This document shows, in pieces, positions 1 to 9,374 of a stretch of DNA of 64,000 bases. The stretch covers positions 544,001 through 608,000 of the forward strand of contig OZ240211.1 in assembly GCA_965197525.1 (NCBI GenBank), in the 5' to 3' direction. A program made the translations under genes and the position numbers. The first letter of the stretch is position 1. The number at the start of each line of letters is the position of its first letter. Under the pieces are notes generated by a model. That model had not been told where the DNA came from and searched no databases. It was given only the letters and a program-made list of their open reading frames with translations. The stretch is from Nitrosopumilus sp. (GTDB taxonomy: Archaea > Thermoproteota > Nitrososphaeria > Nitrososphaerales > Nitrosopumilaceae).

Positions 1-63
1 CAGTGAATCCAACCTTACAAGAGGAGTATTTCCTATACGATTTATCACATCAGCAATTGCCAT
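1..63 (-). CDS. cysK: PLP-dependent cysteine synthase family protein, N-terminus (runs off window)
   Basis: Manual translation MAIADVINRIGNTPLVRLDSL contains the IGNTPLV motif; directly downstream of tusA. Confidence 0.7.
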   Translation of the reverse strand, partial: MAIADVINRIGNTPLVRLDSL

Positions 64-71
64 ACTAAGAA

Positions 72-335
72 CTATCTCACTTTTTTAATTTGAAACGTAA
101 TGGTGTTACCGTCTTTTGATAAATTCAGTAATTCATGACCGTTTCTAGTAACCCATCTTGAAATATCTTCCTCAGCTGCTGGATCATCAGCAGATACGGT
201 TATTACCTGACCTACCTGCATCTTTTCAATCTCAATTTTTGTTCTAAATACAGGTTCAGGACAGAACAGTCCGGTTGCATCTAGTGTTTTTTCAGGCGAT
301 TCTGACATGAACAGATGACAATATTGATTTGTCAT
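72..335 (-). CDS. tusA: TusA/SirA-family sulfur carrier protein (true start possibly at 308)
   Basis: LDATGLFCPEP (CPxP) motif and DDPAAEEDI. Confidence 0.88.
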   Translation of the reverse strand: MTNQYCHLFMSESPEKTLDATGLFCPEPVFRTKIEIEKMQVGQVITVSADDPAAEEDISRWVTRNGHELLNLSKDGNTITFQIKKVR

Positions 336-374
336 ATTAAAATCTATTTGAACGCTTTTGATGTCGCATTACAG

Positions 375-516
375 CCATCACCATCATCACCATCATCACC
401 ATCACCATCATCACCATCACCATCATCACCATCACCATCATCATCACCATCATCACCATCACCATCATCACCATCACCATCATCACCATCACCATCATCA
501 TCACCATCATCACCAT
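375..516. repeat. CAT/CAC microsatellite (CATCAC/CATCAT units)
   Basis: Direct reading; open in several frames (poly-His, poly-SP, poly-GD). Confidence 0.95.
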
Positions 517-616
517 TCAACACTAAAACAAGTAGACAAGTCATCAAGTTAACAAAATTCAGATCTAAAATACTATATACGTTATAAACAACAAAACGTG
601 ATTCAGTATTTTAAAT

Positions 617-1531
617 TTATAATGCCATTTTAAGGATGGTAGCAAGATTACGTTCCGCCATAAAACTAGGATCTTGATTTTGAAGATTAATCTTCTTGGA
701 TATTCGGCTCATTGCATAAACAGAGATCTGGTAAAACAACGACCATAGATAGCTGCTTTGGTTCAAGTTATAAAGTCGTAGTAAGAATGCAAAAAGCCGT
801 TTTTGTCGAGGGTAATGCTCAGAGACATACTCCAAGATATACTCTTTAGAATTATCAATCTTGTATTTGAGATGATCAAACACTTCAGTTTGTGATGTGT
901 AGCCTGTTTGTGCGATCTTGATCTTACCTCTTTGCATAGCATGTAATACATCATCAATGTTATTCTCAGAGTCGATAACATTTACGCATCTTCCAAGAGT
1001 TGACAATACATGCGAATCACTACCTGCAACTTGAATCATGCCATTATCATGCGCAAACTGTAAAGCGCGTACATTTGAAAAGATGTCAATATTATTACTG
1101 TTAAACACCTCTATCATATCACATTGGTTAGCATTATCACGTAATGCATTAATTAGACCAAATGGATGTGGCGCAGAAGATACTGCATCCTGATCTCGTA
1201 TTGCGTCTAGAATCTCCTCAAAAGACAGACAAGGGGCAATAGCATCGTGGAGTCCATATGCCAAAACATGTTCACCTAAATCAGTAGTAATTTCCTCAGC
1301 TGCAAAAACATCCATGTTTTTGAATTTTTCATGTGTGTTTTTATATTCTAAAAGTTGTTTATACCCGTCAAGAGTGTTATGGTTTGTGACAAAGACTGCA
1401 TCTAATCCTTGATTGTAAGAATACTCTAATTGATCACGAATAGAGATCGGGCAGTCGTACTGCGGCTCTTCATCACCAACATGAAAATTTGAAAAAGAGT
1501 TATGGCAATGTAACTCAGTATTAATTGGCAT
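617..1531 (-). CDS. PHP-domain metallophosphoesterase
   Basis: ELHCH, VTNHN, EEI, HPF and GSDSH motifs. Confidence 0.85.
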   Translation of the reverse strand: MPINTELHCHNSFSNFHVGDEEPQYDCPISIRDQLEYSYNQGLDAVFVTNHNTLDGYKQLLEYKNTHEKFKNMDVFAAEEITTDLGEHVLAYGLHDAIAPCLSFEEILDAIRDQDAVSSAPHPFGLINALRDNANQCDMIEVFNSNNIDIFSNVRALQFAHDNGMIQVAGSDSHVLSTLGRCVNVIDSENNIDDVLHAMQRGKIKIAQTGYTSQTEVFDHLKYKIDNSKEYILEYVSEHYPRQKRLFAFLLRLYNLNQSSYLWSLFYQISVYAMSRISKKINLQNQDPSFMAERNLATILKMAL

Positions 1532-1580
1532 TTATTAATAATATACGCTTTAAGATTATAACTTTTGTTAATTAAAAAAA

Positions 1581-3217
1581 GGGAATTACATACTTGGATT
1601 ACATTATACGCCACTTATTTATAATACACCGATTATTAACTGGATGGAAAAAGAAATAGGAGATTTTATTTATAGAACAGTGATTGTAAAACCAAGGCAG
1701 ACAAAAGAACTGTCATTGAAGGCACGCAGGATTGCAAACTTTCAGACGTATTTTTTCAACATGGACGTAGAGGCAGGACTGGTTGAAAAATATGACAAAA
1801 TCAAGACAAGCCGTACCATTACTGACATACATCACACCATGCCATGGAGCAACAAATACCACACCAATGTGGCAACAACTGCGTTCCAACAGGGGCATGA
1901 TACGGCAGACAAACATTTGAAATCTTGCGCAAAAAAACGTAGGGTACGAAACTGGGCAAAAAAGACTGGCGGTAAGAACCACAACTGGCACACATCATTT
2001 AAAAATCTCAAACCAAACAAATGGATTGACAGAAACAGTTTGTTCAGAAACGCCAAAAATGCAAAACATGCATCCATAACAGTAAACGGTCAGAATCCCT
2101 CGCTAAGGATGGGAAAGTGGAAAAAACTGTACATGAACCTGCCCGGTATGGGCCAGGTGGAGCTGTTGTCGTCTTTGAAGAGTCTTCCAAAGCAACTGGT
2201 ATGTGAAAGAGACAAAAACAATACCAACAAGTTCTACCAGACCAACATTGTGTCATACAGGCTTGTAGAGAACACCAAAAAAATCACTGTCAATACAAAC
2301 GATTCGAACCGCACGTTTGAGATCCATCTGACACTAAAAATACAGAGACCTAAAAATACGGATCGTGCAGTCGTATGCGGAATAGACATGGGAGTTAGGA
2401 AATCCCTGGTAGTTCATGACGGAATAAACACCGATTTTTACAGGACGCCTTATACCTGTAGGAGAAAAAAAGATGATGTGATCTCAAAACAACAGTCAAA
2501 AAGAGACGGTTACAAACTGCATAGTAACAGATGGAAACAAAATGATCGTAAATTGAAGAAGATGGAAAAAACACTCAGCAACAGAAGAACCGAGCACAAT
2601 AATTTCCTTGCCAAACAGATTGTGATGAGAACAGGAGTAATAGTCATGGAAAAACTAAACATTGGCAATATGACTGCAAAAAATGAAAAGTGGAAAAGCG
2701 GCCTTAACAGGGAGATTTACGGGGCAGGTATGGGAAGAATGGGAAAGAGAATAAAAATGACTGCCGAAAACCATGGAACCAAAACGCTTGAGATTGTTCC
2801 ACATTACACCAGCATAACGTGTAGTAGGTGCAATATGATCAACTGTGACTCTAGAACTACAAGGGATGTGTTTCAATGCGTATACTGTGGATTTCTGTGC
2901 GATGCAGACGATAACGCAGGCGCAAACATCAGACATTACGGACTTCCGTGCATACGAAGGCTCCCGCTTGTAGACAGATATGGAAACTACAGGTATGACA
3001 GCATGGAAAATATTATTTTAGCTAATAAAAATGGCACATCTAATAGTGTCAGTGTTATTAGTGGCGGTAGGGATTATCGTCACAAGACAGAAGAATCAAA
3101 ACATGGCTTACACCATGTTGTTTCTAAAAAAGACGGCAAGAACCAAGCTGTGAATGATTTGTTGGACTGTCAGAAAAAAACCTTGGTGCAGAAACGTAAC
3201 CTAGGTATATAATTCCC
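1581..3217 (+). mobile_element. TIR-bounded tnpB-only element, family A (1637 bp)
   Basis: 25-bp imperfect TIR (GGGAATTACATACTTGGATTACATT vs GGGAATTATATACCTAGGTTACGTT, 20/25); 8-bp TSD TAAAAAAA at 1573-1580 and 3218-3225; ends confirmed by second copy at 18158-18543. Confidence 0.9.
1644..3212 (+). CDS. tnpB: TnpB-family RNA-guided endonuclease, 522 aa
   Basis: RuvC-I GIDMG, RuvC-II VMEKL, Zn finger CSRC..CVYC, RuvC-III DADDNAGANI; long C-terminal tail. Confidence 0.9.
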   Translation: MEKEIGDFIYRTVIVKPRQTKELSLKARRIANFQTYFFNMDVEAGLVEKYDKIKTSRTITDIHHTMPWSNKYHTNVATTAFQQGHDTADKHLKSCAKKRRVRNWAKKTGGKNHNWHTSFKNLKPNKWIDRNSLFRNAKNAKHASITVNGQNPSLRMGKWKKLYMNLPGMGQVELLSSLKSLPKQLVCERDKNNTNKFYQTNIVSYRLVENTKKITVNTNDSNRTFEIHLTLKIQRPKNTDRAVVCGIDMGVRKSLVVHDGINTDFYRTPYTCRRKKDDVISKQQSKRDGYKLHSNRWKQNDRKLKKMEKTLSNRRTEHNNFLAKQIVMRTGVIVMEKLNIGNMTAKNEKWKSGLNREIYGAGMGRMGKRIKMTAENHGTKTLEIVPHYTSITCSRCNMINCDSRTTRDVFQCVYCGFLCDADDNAGANIRHYGLPCIRRLPLVDRYGNYRYDSMENIILANKNGTSNSVSVISGGRDYRHKTEESKHGLHHVVSKKDGKNQAVNDLLDCQKKTLVQKRNLGI

Positions 3218-3234
3218 TAAAAAAAAATAATGTA

Positions 3235-4002
3235 TCATCTAAAGAGATCTTCGTGCTCTGCACGAATCAGGTCGTTGATGCTAGGATGATACAAGTCATG
3301 ATCAGAATAATCATTGCCAAAATCATTTTTAAATTCAAAGCTGTGATTACGAATAATTGCAACTGGGCATCTCAGAGACTTACCCATTACCAACTCTGCT
3401 GCAGAAGATAGTTCATCTGCAATAGCGATTGCTGTAACACGCAATACTCTTTTAAAAGAGTCAATACACCCGGTATAGTCCAAAATCGGACCAAGGCCAG
3501 ATACGCCAATTGCATGATTAGTTTGACCGTTTCTAAAAGGTCGTCCAAAGGTATCAGATATTATTACTGCTACATTTTTGTTTGTCTGCTCAAAAATTTG
3601 TGTTCTGATTCTATTTGCAGAGTGATCAGAATTTACAGGTAACAGAGTAACATATCCTTGTGCAATGTTGCTCTCATCAACACCGGCGTTGGCGCAGATA
3701 AACCCATGCTTTGTCTCAACGATCAAGACACCGTTGTACATTCTAACAATTCGTTTTGATTCAGATAAAATGAGTTCTACAATTCTGGGATCCTTTTGGT
3801 ACTGGGAACCAATTCCTTGCGCCAATAATGAAGGAGTGACAGAAGATAGATCAATCAGACGACCTTTTTCTTGTTTTGAGATAATCTTTTGAGCAACAAC
3901 TAAAATGTCTCCATCACGTATTGGTTGAGCTTGGATTATCAAGCTAGAGATATCATCAGATGGTGTAATCTCCTTTTCAATGCAGAGTGGGATGATTTCC
4001 AA
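3235..4002 (-). CDS. cofE: Coenzyme F420-0:L-glutamate ligase
   Basis: VVAQKIISKQE, ICANAGVDESN, SDTFGRPFR motifs. Confidence 0.95.
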   Translation of the reverse strand: MEIIPLCIEKEITPSDDISSLIIQAQPIRDGDILVVAQKIISKQEKGRLIDLSSVTPSLLAQGIGSQYQKDPRIVELILSESKRIVRMYNGVLIVETKHGFICANAGVDESNIAQGYVTLLPVNSDHSANRIRTQIFEQTNKNVAVIISDTFGRPFRNGQTNHAIGVSGLGPILDYTGCIDSFKRVLRVTAIAIADELSSAAELVMGKSLRCPVAIIRNHSFEFKNDFGNDYSDHDLYHPSINDLIRAEHEDLFR

Positions 4003-4035
4003 GTATAATAAATAATAACATATACTAAAAAATTG

Positions 4036-4767
4036 TTACGTAGTGGTTGGGGTGGTAGTTGTAGCAGTAGCAGTGGCAGGAGAGAGGGTAGTAGACATAT
4101 CATCAGTAGTATTAGCATCAGTATTAGGCTCAGTATCTAACTTTAGATTATAGTGTCTGTTAATAATATGCAATATTTTGGAGAGGTCTTTGACTTCAAG
4201 AGTAGCATTAGCAAGATCCTTGACTATATCCTGTGCACGATAGGCAATTCCCAGACCACAGATATCAAATAGTTTTACATCATTTGCACCGTCAACAACA
4301 CATACAATATTCTCTTTCTTTTCGCTCCATTCTGCAATCTTTATCTTTGCAGAAGTTGATTTATTAGAATCAACGAGGATCTTCAAACCGTCTAACTTTC
4401 CATCTTTGAAGATTAGTTCGTTGGAATAGACATAGTCAAGATCTAACTCTTTTTGCAGTCTGTCCATCATTATTGTGAACCCACCAGATATTGCCATGAG
4501 TTTCCAACCTGCCGCCTTTAGCACTTTGCATGCCTGTTTTGCACCAGTCATAATTGGTAGCGAGTCTGATACATCTTGACAGGTTTTTTTATCAAGACCT
4601 TTTAGAGCATTAACTCGGGTTCTGAGTCCATCCTCCCAGTTAATCTTTCCCTGAATTCCTTGTTTTGTAATCTCCCAAATTTCATCTTCTTTGCTGAGTT
4701 TTTCAGCAAGTATGGGAAGGTATTCCTCATCATACAACACACCCTCAACATCAAAAATTATTAACAA
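4036..4767 (-). CDS. serB: Phosphoserine phosphatase (HAD) with Thr-rich C-terminal tail
   Basis: IFDVEGVL, ISGGF, VDGANDV motifs. Confidence 0.85.
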   Translation of the reverse strand: MLIIFDVEGVLYDEEYLPILAEKLSKEDEIWEITKQGIQGKINWEDGLRTRVNALKGLDKKTCQDVSDSLPIMTGAKQACKVLKAAGWKLMAISGGFTIMMDRLQKELDLDYVYSNELIFKDGKLDGLKILVDSNKSTSAKIKIAEWSEKKENIVCVVDGANDVKLFDICGLGIAYRAQDIVKDLANATLEVKDLSKILHIINRHYNLKLDTEPNTDANTTDDMSTTLSPATATATTTTPTTT

Positions 4768-4811
4768 TAGTCCTCGATCTGAAAAAAAATGTTAATTATA
4801 TTAAAGTTGGG

Positions 4812-5199
4812 GGTTCTGTGAAGTTATAGAGACCTGAAACATGGATGAATAAATATCGTTAATTATATCATAATTATGTTGAATCCAACAAACACGAACA
4901 CGCAATGTCCAGGATGCGGAAAGATATTCCAAGAGGACATGCAATACAGACGTAAAATATCGTGTACCAATTGTGGATTGTTCATGAACAGCAACAACAT
5001 TGTCATGAACACATCTCACAAGCTGTCCCCTAGATTTAGGGATAGTAGAGGTGACATACATGAAGCACAGACTAACACTTTTGAGTTAGCAATGTCGGAA
5101 CCCAGTACACAGGTAATCCGAATAGTCGATATGTCAAAGTCAAGTAATAGGAGAAACACACCTTGGTAAATCAACGGGTACCTATAACTTCACAGAACC
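4812..5199 (+). mobile_element. Non-autonomous family-B derivative (388 bp) retaining the tnpB 3' end
   Basis: Perfect 18-bp TIR GGTTCTGTGAAGTTATAG at 4812-4829 and 5182-5199; interior homologous to the 3' end of tnpB at 55021-56223; no TSD. Confidence 0.88.
4876..5169 (+). pseudogene. tnpB: tnpB 3' fragment (Zn finger, degenerate RuvC-III, tail)
   Basis: TQCPGCGK..CTNCG..PRFRDSRGDI..VIRIVDMSKSS matches family-B TnpB; RuvC-III Asp lost. Confidence 0.88.
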
Positions 5200-5237
5200 G
5201 GATAAAGCTAAAGCGTATTTTATCTACGACTAGTAGA

Positions 5238-8200
5238 TCAGTTCTCGGCTGTTGCCCAGAAAGGCTCGTCTAGCAGAGGATCTGGTTCTTGTGGTACAAA
5301 TTCTCCTCTAAGTGGCGCCTCGCCTAGCATCAAGGATTCCCAGTACTTGAAGGATGCAGTTCCTACAGCATCGCCAATCTCATCTATTACCTCTACAGAT
5401 GGCCAGAAATGAACTCCGGACCATACTCGACTAGCGCCACATTCGTAAGCATACTCAGTCCAAGTATCAAATTGGAGATGCACATCATTTGCTGGCGTAC
5501 CAACTTCCCACGCAGATGATCCTGCAGGAAGTAAGCCTTGGTAGGCACCTACCATATTACCGTTCGTGTCTACATATTGACCTATCTCATCAGTGCCGCT
5601 AAAGAGTCTCCACACTGCAGCATCGACTGCACAGAATGATGCAGTTGCCGATGGGTATTCACCATGACCTGCAGTGCCAACATATGAAGTCCATTGACTA
5701 GCTGGAACTTGGGTCAGTTCACCTCCTCCTCCTCCAGGTGGCCCCCCACGGGCAGTTATCAACTCATCACCATACAGGTGTGGGATTGCAGATACAGGAC
5801 GTACAGCGTCGTAACGATTTTTCTCCTGCCATACTACGATACCCATATCATAGTTTGCCATATTAACTAAAAAGTCCCATTGGATAAAATCGACGACATC
5901 GTGGTAATTGCTAAGAGCGGGTCGGAACAATCCACCACGGAGTTTATTATCAAAGAATTCTACAAGCATCTTTTGTTCATCTGTAATGTTAGCTGCAACT
6001 TCGATTACCTCGTCGGCCTGTGCCTTGTAGGCATCTATATTTGCATAGTTGCTAGCAGTTGGCGGAGGTACCCGGAGATCACGAGGATCAAAGTCAGAGT
6101 ATGGCTCTACATTTGCATACTGGGGTGTAAGAAACTTTTGTGGAGCAAGTTCGCCTTGAATGTTTGGTGCATTCAGAGGCTGCCAACGTGTTGGATCAAC
6201 TAACACATCAACTGTGTTTGTAGGAACGTAACCAGTGGTATCACCAAATGCAACGCCGTCAGTCTCAAGGCCAAGCTGATTAAAGCCATCGTGTCTGTGG
6301 GCATCCAGTACACATTTACCTGCAAAGTTGCCTATTGCTACCGGTGAAGATATGCTCTGAGGTACGCTACAATCAAGATCAATACCGCTGTTATCATCTG
6401 GGTCAAATCCGTGAACGGTCATCATGGATCGCCAATCGTCTGCACGGCCTGGTGCAAACTCGAGCATCATTTGGTACACAGCGTGCATGATTGAAGTGTT
6501 AGGATTCTCGTTTGTCTCAGACTCTGAGGCAGGCAAACGATCTATACGCGACTGTACACCTACTGCGGTCTCGTGGTATGGAGCTACAGCATCAAATGCA
6601 CCGTTAAGCAACAATGTAACAATACGGAAGATGGGAGGAGGGTCGTTAAAGTTAGAAGACACATCTTGTTTTATGAAGGGGGCAAGATGCGGAATGAATA
6701 CACCGTGTAGAGAATTACCGTTTACCATGTCAAATTCATGGTCACGACTCTCAAATGCTATGGGAGGATCTTCGACTACACCAAAGTCTGCCCATACACG
6801 TGTTGGGGCATAGTCAGACATGGTATATGGATCATCGATTACTGTGTCTTGAGAGTATATCAAGGGTGCAGACGAAATTGATGGGGAGCTAGATGACTGT
6901 GCGTCAGGGTGAGATATAAAGGCTGATTGATAGTAACCTGCTCCAAATATGTATCCGTCATGCATTACAAGCCAAGAACGCTTCTCTTCTGCATAATCTG
7001 AACCAGGTAGTGGGAATAGATAGTCAACCCAAACACCTTCGTTATTTGAAAGATCCTCAAGAATTTGATCAGGTGGGGTATCAATTGACCCATCAAAGAA
7101 TATTGAGGTAACACCGACTCTGTCAGGATTTGCTCCGTGTGCTACAATTAACGCACTAGATGAATCTACTACAAACGGATAATGTGGATCCAGTGAGGTT
7201 TGGGTCAAGAGTTTAAAGGCATCTTTATCTTGTTCATAAAGAGCAATGGCGTTGTTTACTACACGTTTGACCTTTTCTTCTGCAGGATATGTGTATCCAT
7301 GTGCAAGAATATATTCACCATAGTCATCTAGCATACCTGCAGCCTGAGCTGGTTCACCAGTTGCAGGATTAATTATCAACACATATGCCCTGATGGGTTC
7401 ATCTGTGTTACGAAGTATTTCTGCAAAGTCCATCCAAGGTATTGGCAATGGTGGAAGGGGACCGCCGACTCTATGAGGTTGCCTAGAATTGGCAACTTCT
7501 ATGCCGGCAACAGGATCAAAGACTGACGCATACTGTCCTCGATCACTTGCAGTCGTAATAATCTCAAATGCCTCATCGCCCTTCATATCAAGTAGATCAA
7601 TAGTATTTTGGATTCCGTCAGCTAATTTTTCGTCTATGGAATAGTAGTATCCAGAACCAAAGATATACCCATCATGCATTACAAGCCAAGAACGTTTTAG
7701 TTGATCCAAGTTGGTTACGGGATTTACAAAGACATAATCAGCCCAGACACCCTCACCAGTCTCTAATTGAGCAATGATCTCATCAGGTGGATTGGTTGCA
7801 AACTCACCAATAACTGCAGACTGCATGCCAATTACTCCAGGATTAGAACCATGAGATACAATGGTTCTAGTGTCAGGATCCAATACAAATGGATAATGAA
7901 GAACAGAGATATCAGATAGGGAATTTATGGTGTCAAAGGCGTTATCAGGGTCAGATTTGTACATCTCAACGGTTGCTGCTACTACCTGCTGTATATCAGA
8001 AGATCCTGCATCTTCAATTGAGATTATCAGATCACTTAACGTTGGGACACTCAGATCTATGCCATAGTCAGACAAAGTCTGATACGTTGATTGAGTAATA
8101 CATACCGGGAGTGGGACGGTATCAGAGTTTCGTATGTACAGATTTGTAGGTTCATTACACTGTACGCCATAAACAGAAACACCATCTCTTAGTTGCTGAT

Positions 8201-8297
8201 ACGGTGTCTGGTATTCAGCGTGTGCAAAGTCAACAGAATAAACACCAACAAACATCACTAGTATAATAAATATTGCAGGATGTGCAAATCTTGCCAT
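5238..8297 (-). CDS. Secreted protein: three Cache-like domains fused to a vanadium haloperoxidase-like (PAP2 superfamily) domain
   Basis: Signal peptide; repeats HYPFV..HG.NP..GVW.DY..KRSWLVMHDGYIFG.GYY; C-terminal KNRYDAVRP, HGEYPSATA, SRVWSGVHF. Confidence 0.8.
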   Translation of the reverse strand: MARFAHPAIFIILVMFVGVYSVDFAHAEYQTPYQQLRDGVSVYGVQCNEPTNLYIRNSDTVPLPVCITQSTYQTLSDYGIDLSVPTLSDLIISIEDAGSSDIQQVVAATVEMYKSDPDNAFDTINSLSDISVLHYPFVLDPDTRTIVSHGSNPGVIGMQSAVIGEFATNPPDEIIAQLETGEGVWADYVFVNPVTNLDQLKRSWLVMHDGYIFGSGYYYSIDEKLADGIQNTIDLLDMKGDEAFEIITTASDRGQYASVFDPVAGIEVANSRQPHRVGGPLPPLPIPWMDFAEILRNTDEPIRAYVLIINPATGEPAQAAGMLDDYGEYILAHGYTYPAEEKVKRVVNNAIALYEQDKDAFKLLTQTSLDPHYPFVVDSSSALIVAHGANPDRVGVTSIFFDGSIDTPPDQILEDLSNNEGVWVDYLFPLPGSDYAEEKRSWLVMHDGYIFGAGYYQSAFISHPDAQSSSSPSISSAPLIYSQDTVIDDPYTMSDYAPTRVWADFGVVEDPPIAFESRDHEFDMVNGNSLHGVFIPHLAPFIKQDVSSNFNDPPPIFRIVTLLLNGAFDAVAPYHETAVGVQSRIDRLPASESETNENPNTSIMHAVYQMMLEFAPGRADDWRSMMTVHGFDPDDNSGIDLDCSVPQSISSPVAIGNFAGKCVLDAHRHDGFNQLGLETDGVAFGDTTGYVPTNTVDVLVDPTRWQPLNAPNIQGELAPQKFLTPQYANVEPYSDFDPRDLRVPPPTASNYANIDAYKAQADEVIEVAANITDEQKMLVEFFDNKLRGGLFRPALSNYHDVVDFIQWDFLVNMANYDMGIVVWQEKNRYDAVRPVSAIPHLYGDELITARGGPPGGGGGELTQVPASQWTSYVGTAGHGEYPSATASFCAVDAAVWRLFSGTDEIGQYVDTNGNMVGAYQGLLPAGSSAWEVGTPANDVHLQFDTWTEYAYECGASRVWSGVHFWPSVEVIDEIGDAVGTASFKYWESLMLGEAPLRGEFVPQEPDPLLDEPFWATAEN

Positions 8298-8542
8298 GAT
8301 AATAGAGTATGGTTTACAGCAGATTAATAAATGAATCGAGGATATAAAGCGCTGCGCTATTCAATTTTATTTACCAACACAAGTACTAACTAATCTACGT
8401 TTGTTCCGATCAGGATAATAACACCAAGCACCATTCTTATCTCAAAGATGCTGTTTTAACTATAAATCTTGACATGTTCTATTATGGATAGGAACTCTTT
8501 TTGGTTGCTCTCCTCTCTATTAAATAAATACCCTATGCCAAC

Positions 8543-9199
8543 TTGCAGATATTATATCAAACAGGAATCGTTAATAATAAATCATGGACAGAACGCCTAC
8601 AAGATATGGCAGATGAATTAGAGTACAAACATGAGGTCAGCATACAAGAAAGAGAAGGAGATCATTTGATTCCAAATGAGATCAAAGACGAGTTAAGAAC
8701 ATCAGGAATGATGGATTTAAAAGGAAAATTGAAATTAAAGGGTGTAAGCCCCAAGATGCTAAAGAAGATGAAGCAAGAATATGTGGACTGTCCGGTGTGG
8801 GAAGACGATATTCATTTTATTCACTGTTTTGTTTGTCCAAACTTTCAAAGCAGGGTAACAGGCAAAGTGCTCTGCAAGGGCGATCCCATAAGTTCGGACA
8901 TGGATACAGTAGAGCACAAATTCAAAGTAGGAATCAAGATAAGCAAAGAGAAACAAAAGATCTCAAATAAACTCAAAGAGAGATTGAAGACTCTTGGAAT
9001 GATTGATGAGGATAAAAAGATACAATTAGAAGGAGTTGATCAAATGATGCTCAAAGGTATGAAACAAGAATATGTGGATTGTCCGGTGTTAAAAGAGAAA
9101 GTTCAACACATAGAATGCTCCATATGCCCAAATTTTCAAGCCAATGTAATGGGCAGAGTACTCTGTAAAGGCGAACCAATTTCAGATTTATCATTGTAA
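8543..9199 (+). CDS. Conserved hypothetical protein with tandemly duplicated Cys-rich domain
   Basis: Two copies of MKQEYVDCPV..HxxCxxCPNFQ..V.G.VLCKG.PI. Confidence 0.75.
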   Translation: MQILYQTGIVNNKSWTERLQDMADELEYKHEVSIQEREGDHLIPNEIKDELRTSGMMDLKGKLKLKGVSPKMLKKMKQEYVDCPVWEDDIHFIHCFVCPNFQSRVTGKVLCKGDPISSDMDTVEHKFKVGIKISKEKQKISNKLKERLKTLGMIDEDKKIQLEGVDQMMLKGMKQEYVDCPVLKEKVQHIECSICPNFQANVMGRVLCKGEPISDLSL

Positions 9200-9374
9200 A
9201 GTGATCTCCATTTTATGAATAGTCAAGACTCAAGAGAGGTTTTCACTAACTCTGTTGTTACCAGTAGTAATTAATTCGGTAAAATCAAAGTCTTTAACAA
9301 CTGGATATAACTTTTTGTAAATAATCCAATCACATACTAGAAAAACTCTTTAACTAAATTAATTTAGCAATATC

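Noticed and set aside
1581-3217. Calling the tnpB loci canonical IS200/IS605, IS1341 or IS607 elements
   Set aside because: No tnpA is present and the ends are TIRs with 8-bp TSDs, which those families do not produce
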